Both the position numbers and the translations under genes were made by a program. From assembly GCA_964016885.1 (NCBI GenBank), contig OZ024742.1, forward strand, positions 361,522,001-361,586,000: DNA of 64,000 bases. Reading direction: 5' to 3'. Numbering within the stretch: position 1 is the first letter of the stretch; every line of letters starts with the position of its first letter. The notes under the pieces were generated by a model, which saw only the letters and a list, made by a program, of their open reading frames with translations, ran no database searches and was not told the origin of the DNA. Source of the DNA: Eledone cirrhosa. Lineage: Eukaryota. Positions 53,801 through 64,000 of the stretch are shown here, piece after piece.

Positions 53801-55819
53801 ATGACTGGGGAACTTTCAAGGAACATAAGCTACAGAAGAGGTTCACAGGAGAAGTGAGCAACAGGTTCAGTGCTCTATGTAGAGAGTTTGATAAAGAGGT
53901 ACGGCTACTTGAACAATGCAGTAGCAGAAGCAAGTGAGACACTGATGCTGAGGAGAAAGAAGAGGAATCATGTCAGTTCTGCAGACCCAAAGGTGTGTGC
54001 AGCCTGCCAAGGACCAATTCTGTGCTGATCCTATGGAGAGGATGGACACAGTGGAGGTGATGAGGGAAGCACTCTGTACCGCTTACACTGACGCCAGAGA
54101 GGAGGCACTAAAGTGTTAAGAGAACGGTTGACAGTTGGATGATCAACGAGATCACATGGAGGAAGAGCCAGATCAAGGGAACAGATCCAGAGGATAGGAA
54201 AAAGGAAATGGCTGGACCATTTTAGAACACAACTATGAGATGCCCTCCACAGCCAAGAACACTGGGCAGATCAGGTGGCTGTTACAAAAACTGCATATTG
54301 AGACAAGACCCTTTGCCAGAGAGGAGCTTCAGAGAGTAAAAAAAGAAGATAAAGGAGGGCCAAGGCCCATGGAGAAAATCGAGTGGCATCAGGTCATGTA
54401 GAGTTGTGATTTTCATATCTTGCAGTTCTGTAAAAAGGGACTGGAGAAACGAGTTGCCCTGAACCAGTGGACGATCAGTAACTTCGTGCCACTGCCAAAG
54501 AAGGCAGATCTCTCTAACACCAACTACAGGGGGACCTCACATGTGGCAAAGGCCCCCAACAGGATGATTCTTAAGAGAATCCAGCCCTACATGGACAAAA
54601 AGCTCAAACAACCAGAACAGCTTCAGAGATAAAGATCAACCAACGGTCACATCCTGATGCTGAGGAAGATATTTGAGGGAGCTAAAGCAAATTGCCTATA
54701 ATTCTGTCGATCGTCACTGCCTGATCAAGATCTTGTGGAATACACTATATTGTCTCGCACTTTAAAGGATTCGCTTTTGCAATAAAACAGGGAATCAATA
54801 AACTATCCGATTCCCTAATATTTTATATACTATTGGCATCTGCTTGGCAGCGAACTCCAACTGCTGGGCCTGCATTCTTCTCTCTCTCGTCTGTTATGCT
54901 TGTACTTCATTGATTTTCACTGCAACAATCACCAACTACTCTTTCTATGTTTATTCTCGGGGATGTCTTTTCTACCCACTGCATTCTTCACTACATCATG
55001 CCAACTTTCTACAGCTGCTTCACATCGGTCACATCTACGATCTTAATTCTGAACAATTACCATAAATATATATTTTGTCTGCATCAATCACTTTGTCTTC
55101 GTTTCCTATTCTTATATTGCAAAAGCGTATCCAAAAAAAAACAAAAAAAAATATAGCGTTTCGTCAAGATAACCGTAACTATATTACTTTCACTCTCCAG
55201 CTTCCTGGTAACATAACCATATATTAAGTTTTAATGCATGTGCCTACTTGTATACCGTAATTTCTGTCTATATTTATGAGGAAAGAGGATAGATATTGAC
55301 AAGATGATATAAATATATATAGCTATTCAGTTTTATATATACCCCCCCCCCACACACACACACACTAACCACAAACTAAAACTAAACCCAAATAATTCAT
55401 CTAGAAATTAATGAACCCCGTCGTATCTGCTTCGAAATGATATTCAAACAAATAGAAACTAAAACTTACTATATCACTAACGTGCTGCATTAAATAGACA
55501 TGAAAAAACACCCGTCTCAATTTTACGATGAAAACCGATATAATAAATTAAGCTTAAGCTTAATTAGTAAAGTAGTCTTCAGCAGAAACAGACAAGGCAT
55601 AAATTCAATGACAGTTTTATCAAACAACAAAATTTCTGGCTAAAACGGAAAATAAAATATTTTTATTAAAATATACTAGAGTAATTTCCCTTTGCTAATT
55701 AGAATGTTGCATAAACAGATTTCTACGGTGATATAAACACAAACCCGATACACACCAACATATATATTATATTGTATTTATATATTATATATATACATGT
55801 GTATATAGTACAGACATTT

Positions 55820-56392
55820 ATTACAAATACACACATAATACAGACACATAATACAGACATACTACACACAATACACAGATAATACGCACAGATAATACAC
55901 ACAGATAATACACACAGATAATACAAATACGCACAGATAATACACAGATAATACACAGATAATACACACATATAATACACATATAATACACAGATAATAC
56001 ACACAGATAATACACACAGATAATACACATATAATACACATAATACACACATATAATACACATAATACACACAGATAATACACACAGATAATACACACAT
56101 ATAATACACACATATAATACACACAGATAATACACATATAATACACACAGATAATACACACATAATACACACAGATAATACACACATATAATACACACAG
56201 ATAATACACAGATAATACACAGATAATACACACAGATAATACACACATAATACGCACAGATAATACACAGATAATACACAGATAATACACACATAATACA
56301 GAGATAATACGCACAAATACAGACACCTAATACAGACACATAATACACACAGAATACATACACATACACACATAATATACACACACATAATA
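55820..56392. repeat. Minisatellite of 11-13-bp (AC)2-3AGATAAT / ATAAT units
   Basis: Read directly. It explains the Cys/Val/Tyr ORFs on the minus strand. Confidence 0.93.
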
Positions 56393-56482
56393 TATAGTAA
56401 TAATAATAAATTTGAAAACTAAAATTAAAAAAGGGCTCGATATGGATAAATATATAGCAAATATATAAGAACCGTACAGCAA

Positions 56483-56621
56483 ATATATATTAAAATAACA
56501 GATTAAAGTTTAAGCAAAGAATCGCTGCTTTCAACCTTAACGGGATCTTAAATGAATTTCAGAAGATCCCGTTAAGGGTGAAAGCAGCGATTCTTTGCTT
56601 AAACTTTAATCGGTTATTTTA

Positions 56622-56630
<9 letters not shown>
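56483..56630. repeat. Near-perfect hairpin, ~65-bp arms and 13-nt loop, next to (TA)n
   Basis: TTAAAGTTTAAGCAAAGAATCGCTGCTTTCAACCTTAACGGGATCTT / AAGATCCCGTTAAGGGTGAAAGCAGCGATTCTTTGCTTAAACTTTAA. Confidence 0.92.
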
Positions 56631-56865
<235 letters not shown>

Positions 56866-57607
56866 AATTTCAGGTTATCATTTAATATAAACTGTTATAA
56901 ATAAAATGAGATTTCTTAATTCAATTCCCTAATGCATATACCAGCTGGCTACGAGCATTGGATGTTATTCAGTAGCAGTCGAAATCTCCCCCTTCCTTAA
57001 TTGACACTTTATAATTAATACTACTACACCAAATGACCAGCCCTGTCCATTGTTCAATTGGTCAAGTATAGATTAAAATAGGCACTCCCAAAAATTCTTA
57101 TTTAGATAAAATAAACCATTTACTCATTGTATTCTCATTAAAAACCATTTATATACTTGTTTAGCAGTAAATTGAATTACCATCTGTCATATACTTCTCT
57201 TCCTCTATTACAATTAATATAAATACTTCAATTTTTCTGATTTTTTCCAATTTATCCAAAATCTCGGAAGTGACAACTGATTATACATTTGCTATCGAAT
57301 ACTTGCTAACATTATATGATTACGCATGTCGATACCTAATAAATTCCTTTTTTTAAAAAAAGCACTTTCATTTTATATTCATCTTTTCTATATATAAATA
57401 AATATATATATATAAATATATATATAAATATATAAATATATAAAATATATATATAAATATGTATATAAATATAAATATATATATAAATATGTATATAAAT
57501 ATAAATATATATATAAATATGTATATATATATAATTTATATAATATATATATATATATATAATTTATATATAAATTATATATATATATAAATTATATATA
57601 TATATAA

Positions 57608-57638
<31 letters not shown>

Positions 57639-58375
57639 GTTTCATAAGCTACTATATATATATACATATTTTAAAAAATTGGTTGGCTGGTTTAACCTAA
57701 CGTAAAAAAATAAATTAAAAAATTCTATCAAAAAATGAGAGAGGTTTGTGGCAGAAAAGGAATTGAACAGGGACTAGGAGAATCTGGAATAAAAATAAGT
57801 TATATATTCTAATGGTGCATTTTATATTTTATATTCTCTAAATTACAAATGAACAAAATTAACGTTAATCTAACTATAACGTATTACTGCTACTTTATTG
57901 GATAAACAATACTGACTCAGCTTTTATAAGTCTTTTGAAAACCGAGAACAGAGAAAATGCCAACCATGTGAATTCAACAGATTTTTCCAGATAAATCTTT
58001 AAACATTTTTTTACCCCCCCCCCCCTACATAATCTCATCAACACATATTATACATATATATACATATATATCTTTCATTTTCTCCCTTAATCACTAGCAA
58101 ATACCAACTCCTCCAGTTCTAAAAATAGAAAATTCTTCCAGAAAGATAGACAGAGAAAAAGCAGAGAAGAGAGGAACCCAGTATTTGACTGGTACTTTTA
58201 TTCAGAAAAAGATAATTGCGAGAAAACTATAGATAGGAAGAATTCACCCCAGCATTTCACTGGTACTTTTTTTTATCCACTTCCAACGGAAGGAAGAAAG
58301 GCAAAGTTGACCTTGGCAGGATTTCAGAGAGCATAGAAATAAAAACGAATACTCCAAGGTATTCGAATAACTGCA

Positions 58376-58412
<37 letters not shown>

Positions 58413-59080
58413 CAATTGTATATATATGTGTGTGTATATACAACAATATGATGAAATTAATTAAATCGAAAATGTTACCCCGATTAAAATACAAAAACAT
58501 AACTATAAAAGCTTTTTTTTTTTAAAGAAATTAATTGAATTGAATTTTTTTTAAAGAAATAAATGAAATTGAACTTTTTTTTTAAAGAAATAAGTTAAAT
58601 TGAATTCTTTTTTTTTAAAGAAATATAAATTAAATTTTTTTTTTTTTTAAATAAATTAAATATAAATCTGACTGACCTGTGGGACTTTTCTTCTCAGTCC
58701 CAGGAGTGAACGCTGTGGTTGGTTTTCGGCGTATCTCTGAGCAGCCCTAAAAAGGGCTTAACGCATACCCACGTTTAAAGGACGCATGAGAATACAGTGT
58801 AGTCATCTTTCAAAATCAGTGGCTGAAATGAAAAATATGAAAAACGGGACTTGTATTTATAAGGAGAAGAAAGTGACAGTAACTCACACATACTCACTCA
58901 CGCACACACACACACATGTATCTATGTATGTATGTATGTGGTTTTGCCGCTATTTTTTGCCGCCAAAAGATGAGCAAAGTTTGAGAGTGTGTATGTGTGT
59001 AACAACAACAACAACAACAACAACCGAACAATAGCAACAAATAATAAAACAAAATTTATTATTTTGATCAGAACAATGTG

Positions 59081-59127
<47 letters not shown>

Positions 59128-59217
59128 AAGATGTATGACCCCGACGGCAGAGCTCAAGCCGTTTCGACGGCTATCTCTGGTGCATTATGGTCCATCTGGT
59201 TCCTTAACACAACTCCG

Positions 59218-59277
<60 letters not shown>

Positions 59278-59666
59278 AGAAGTTGTATTTAATTTGTTGC
59301 AAGTCCGACAAACAAATGTTTATAACTGATTTAGAGCACTCAACAGTTTACTGGAGTAAATATTTCGTGATATTAAATAAATGGAAACTATATTTATAAA
59401 ACCATATTTATTTTATTATATATATTTCAAGGTCAACCAAGACAAGCTTGGTGCACTTTCATCAAATAAAATACAAAAGTTTATTTTGTTTTCCAACCGA
59501 TAAGATTTGCCTTTCATGGATACGTCTTTATTGATATATATATATCTATATATGTGTGTGTGTGTGTAGATATATAGAAAAATATATTAAAGGCGGTACC
59601 CCAGCATGACCTCAGCAAAATGGCTGGGACAAGTAAAAGAGTAAAACAATATACATATATATAATA

Positions 59667-60465
59667 CTAGCAGTGGTACCCGGCGTTGCACGGGATAAGT
59701 TATTTTGACCTAATCGTGGAAAAACTGCATGCCTGGACAATATGTAAAGAAAATAAACCGAATGCTCTGATGCAATTAGTATTAGGTATGCTTTTCCTTC
59801 CACGTGAAGAAAATCGGCTGAGTGCTTTTGTACTTTAATAAAGTGGCAGGAGGCAGCAGGACAGATGTCACCACTTATATCAGAGGGAAGTCTGCAATGC
59901 TTGAGCAAGGCATGACGTGCAATCGGACAGCATATGGAGCCTTCTCGAACCAGTCCACCGCACCTTCACAAACGTTTACCAAACAGTGGGTATAATTTAA
60001 CAATTTTACAGAGGAGTGGTGCAATAAAATGGGCCCTGAGGCGTGTGCGTGTTCACTCGCCGCCCGAAACCAAATGGTCGCCATCAGTTATTTCAAGGGC
60101 CCTTATAATTGATTTTGTAAGCCGTTCACTGACACTCCAGTAACTACGGGTAACAATCAACAATTTCAAGTGGTGACCATAAAAAGGGCCATGTCAACGT
60201 TCTCTTAATAGTGACTTTCACTGCGTTCTCTGACATTTCGAGGGTGTTACGGTTGCTTCCACTGGTAGCCTTTACAATGAATCAATGCGTTTGCGGCCCA
60301 TTTAACAGGCATAAATTGACGCGCCGAGTGCGATGCAGACAGCCAGACATACAGACATATTATAAGGGCGCGGTGTAAAGTTTGAAAACAGTCGGTTGGG
60401 TGGTTCTCGAGGCTTAGGGATTCAAACTCACACAGACATCCTTAGTTTTATATATATATATATAT
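59667..60465 (-). mobile_element. Non-autonomous Helitron, same termini as 43613-44245 but a different interior
   Basis: TACTAGCAGTGGTACCCGGCGTTGCACGGG (CCCG/CGGG hairpin) at one end. GCAGACAGCCAGACATACAGA...GTAAAGTTTGAAAACAGTC...GACATC..AGTTTTATATATA at the other. Confidence 0.8.
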
Positions 60466-60774
60466 ACCATATGATACGTTCTACCTTGCAATCCACAATG
60501 ACAAGAGATCTTGTAAATACAATGTCGATCATATCACACCATCTCCACCACCACACCACACATCGTCATGTGCATACCATACACGCCTACATCCTCATCC
60601 CCCCATGTTACCTCTATCTACCCTAACTTGCAACAACACGTTAAATTCGATCCTGTAACTGTACTGTCGCACGCACACACAACCACCGCCACCACTAAAT
60701 ACATCCACATACTTCAACAATCATCATCAACACATATCCCTCGATCCCAAATCGACTGTATTATATACCCCCCA

Positions 60775-60960
60775 CGGCGGGGGATTGGCAGTATCGGTAG
60801 AGGGTCGGACGCCATGCTTTCAAGCATAGTTACGTCCCTTTACGATCTGAGTTCAAATCCCGCCGACGTTGACTTTGCCTTTCATCCTTACGGGGGTCGA
60901 TAAAATAAAGTACCAGTAATACACTGGCTATTTGCTGGCCTTGTGCCTAAAGTAGAAACA
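60775..60960 (+). mobile_element. Full-length SINE (second family) with ~14-bp TSD
   Basis: ATTATATACCCCCC at 60760 and 60961. A-box-like TGGCAGTATCGG and B-box GAGTTCAAATCC. Confidence 0.92.
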
Positions 60961-61330
60961 ATTATATACCCCCCCACCCCCCGTCTGCCTACCATATAAC
61001 ACACCGTAACCTCTGATCATGTAATCATCTTGCCGAACATATCACCCCAGCACCACCACCACCATCACCATGTCCACAACACACATCGCCGTACGTCCAT
61101 AAACGCTTTTCCCCCGCGTTCCCTATCTCACCTTTTAACCGGTATTCGATCCGGTATATATATTTTTGTCCCTCACAACTCCACCACCACCACCACAAAA
61201 CAACTCCATACTTCACCAACACCGACAAAACATACCTCCACTCCCCAACCAACAATAGTGTGTGTGTCTGTGTGTAAGTATTTTACTCATACGGGCGTTT
61301 TAAGTGTGCGTGCGTGTACGCAAATTTATC

Positions 61331-61394
<64 letters not shown>

Positions 61395-61535
61395 AACACA
61401 TGTATATACATATGTCTATGTGTGTGTATGTGTACGTCTACATATATGTATATGGGTAAATCTGACTATGTGTAGGTGAGCTCATATATGTGCATGTATG
61501 TATATATGTCCGTGTATATGTGTGTTGTCGGTACA

Positions 61536-61585
<50 letters not shown>

Positions 61586-62599
61586 AGTATACGTGTGTGG
61601 GAGTGTGTATGTGTATATCTTGCATACATGAGTGTGAGTCCTTCCCCCCATCTCTGTCGTTCGCCACCCCCACCGATACTCCACCACTCTCCATATTCGT
61701 GACCGCATGCGCGCATGCACATACATGTGTGTACATATACATATGGCTGTGTGTGAGCGTATGCCGATACATCCACCACACCACCAAAAACGCCGCTACC
61801 ATAGACAAAGGCGCCACTACCACACGCCAACCCGTCTACAGATAGTCCACTAACCTCACACCACAGCCCATCCCACTAAATAACCTTAACCACCACCATA
61901 TCTTCACATCCACACCCACATACTCTACACGCCAAGGCCAACCCACCACCACCACCACCACACCACAGCCCACCTCATCCACAGACCGTCACCAACATCT
62001 CACCATCACACCCACCCCCATATACACTACAGGCCAGTACATCGCCTTGATCCTTCTCACCAATCAAAACACCTCATTTTGTCAAACTCTTGAAACTGAC
62101 TTTACCACATAGCATGTATTTCATTTTCTTATAGCATTTTAAGAGGGTTTGTCGAGCTGCCGATTATTGAGTCGGGTAGGATCGATATAGATCGAACCTT
62201 GAGCTGATCAGTGGCGAAACGCGCGACAAATATCAATAAATGCAATGAAGGAATAATAAACACTAAAACTACAATCATGGTGTCAGAAAATATATGTATC
62301 TCTATTGAGTATGGGGGGTGGGGGAGATTACGGCTGTCATCTCATTTTCTTTCATCAAGGCTAAGTCATGTCGGGTTTGACAACGTAGTTCAAATGATGG
62401 CGGTGGTGGCGAGTGTTGTTGGTGTGGTGGTTTGGTGGCGGTGTGGTGGTTTGATGGCGGTGTGGTGGTGAAATATAAACCACGTGGAGTGGAACAAATA
62501 TAATGAAATAAATAAATAAATATATATATACAAATACATTCATACACACACACACACACACACACATACATACACACATACATACACACACACATACAT

Positions 62600-63785
62600 G
62601 TAGGTGATCTCTTTCTCTTAATTTCGAATATATTTTTTGACCGGTCACCTTCCTGGTGGCAAGGTTGTAAAAGAAAAGAAATTGTCATCCCTTGAATCGC
62701 AAGAATGTTTTGCAAATTTTGAAGGTGCCAACTATCGCAGCCACTTGTAGACTATGAATTAGGGAGCTGCGCTCTTTGTCAGCAAATCCAAGTTCAGTCA
62801 TACTTTGGTCCAAGCGGGTTGGTATATAACCCGTAGCTCCAATAATGATGGGTATGAAGCTAAAGGTGTATTTTGGATACTGGATTTGTAAACTTCTCAT
62901 CAATGGTCCGTAGATGTCCTCCTCCTGTATTTTTCTGACAACGTTTACATCAAGTGGGCAACTGATCTCCACAACACAACACGTTTTCAATGGGTGGTCC
63001 CAAACAACAATATCAGGCCGGTTGTGCTTTAATTTGGTGGCAGTTTTTATTTTCAGGTTCCACCAGTATTCCTTAGTGCAATCTGTCTCGATATATTCTT
63101 CCTCGTTTGCGTTCCAGATGGTTCTAGCTATCCCATCGTGTCTCATGGGGAGGTAGTAGCGAGATGACATTCTTTCGCAGCTGGCAACAATGTCGCTTAC
63201 ATCTTCAATCTTTGTTTTACATAAGCCTACATTTATTGTCAGCTGATGGCCCTCCTCTTTTGTGCAGCAGATATTTGGTAGGGAGTTCTTGTTCCTGTAT
63301 TGCATAGAGATATCCCTCAAGGTGTGATGTCATAAACTTGTCGGAACTCCATGCCAGGCTTTTTGAGTGGTTTATCCGCTCTATGGTCTGTGTTTTACGT
63401 CTCAAGTATACGTGCACAACTTTTTCTGTAAATTGGTCAATTTTTTCATCTTCTTTGAACAGTGAATAGGATCTTCCGATTTCTCTGGGTGAGAGATTTA
63501 TATCAGGCTTTATTCCATCTCTCCTCCAGATCAGTGGCTATCCTAATGATATTTTTTTTTTCATGCTCATAAACCTGGGCCATAAAACTTTTCCTCTGTT
63601 GAAGATGTTGCTTCAGTGTTACTATCCGGGTGTCATATGATGTTAATATGGATTTTAGACCCCGGCCACCTTCCTTGCATGACAAGTACAGCCTATCCAC
63701 ATCACCAAAGTTCCCAGTAACACTGACAAGTTTTCGAGTTCTAACATCTATCTCTCTTAAGTATGTGATATTTACATCTCAAATG
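62600..63785 (-). mobile_element. 5'-truncated, frameshifted non-LTR retrotransposon with restriction-like endonuclease (R4/Dong-like)
   Basis: In order across three frames: RLYLSCKEGGRGL, YAIQEQELPTKY, KCRL/CKTKIEDVSDIVASC (degenerate CCHC), RHDGIA, KHNRPDIVVWD..VVEISCP. Short 3' UTR abuts (CA)/(CATA)n. Confidence 0.87.
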
Positions 63786-64000
63786 ATATATATATACAGG
63801 GTGTTTCCAAAAATTTGTAAAGTTTATTCCGAGTTCAATCACAGCTAACAACAGTAAGTAAGGTACTCAATTCATAACAGAGTATAAATATTTAATATAG
63901 TAATGACTTCTACATGACTATAACTGTTTCATTCAGGAGAATTATATACGTGCGTGCGTGTGTTTTAATGACCGTATACATACATCCCTCCCCTCAAACA

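Larger units (their letters stand above)
44540..55270. repeat. Subtelomeric tandem duplication: unit 1 ~44540-49430, unit 2 ~49810-54745, partial third unit 54742-55270
   Basis: Colinear sequence at a ~5.3-kb offset, e.g. near-identical ORFs 48549/53867 and 49100/54420, with independent indels. Confidence 0.93.

Noticed and set aside
55723-56388. Hydrophobic Cys/Val/Tyr ORFs, also the ORFs at 14573, 24726, 25076 and 61438-61845
   Set aside because: They derive from mini- and microsatellites or the antisense of A-rich UTRs.
58730-58772. Hammerhead-like CTGAGCA-GCCC(TAAAAA)GGGC
   Set aside because: The core deviates from CUGANGA and there is no GAAA after the stem.
63794-63830. Tc1/mariner-like TIR start (TA-CAGGGTGTTTCC)
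   Set aside because: No partner TIR or transposase is visible within the window.

Overview
This is AT-rich animal genomic DNA, most likely octopus or another cephalopod (inferred from the SINE types and microsatellite load). I cannot support any intact host gene. 1-~12390 is a 48-bp satellite with nested higher-order periods (~2.5 kb and 7270 bp). Its monomer matches the internal repeat of a CORE-type tRNA SINE found in the same window, and the array runs directly into that SINE's 3' body and RTE-like tail. 12.4-30.4 kb is repeat-rich: Penelope-like elements with inverted arms and hammerhead-like cores sitting in (TA)n tracts, SINEs, an RTE 3' end and tandem non-autonomous Helitrons. A 200-N gap (30421-30620) is followed by ~10.7 kb of (CCCTAA)n and a proximal (CCCCAA)n variant zone. 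This looks like a real chromosome end placed inside the scaffold. The subtelomere carries foldbacks, Helitrons, a ~5.3-kb tandem duplication of decayed LINE fragments, and a decayed RLE-type (R4/Dong-like) non-LTR element. Most listed ORFs are repeat artefacts.
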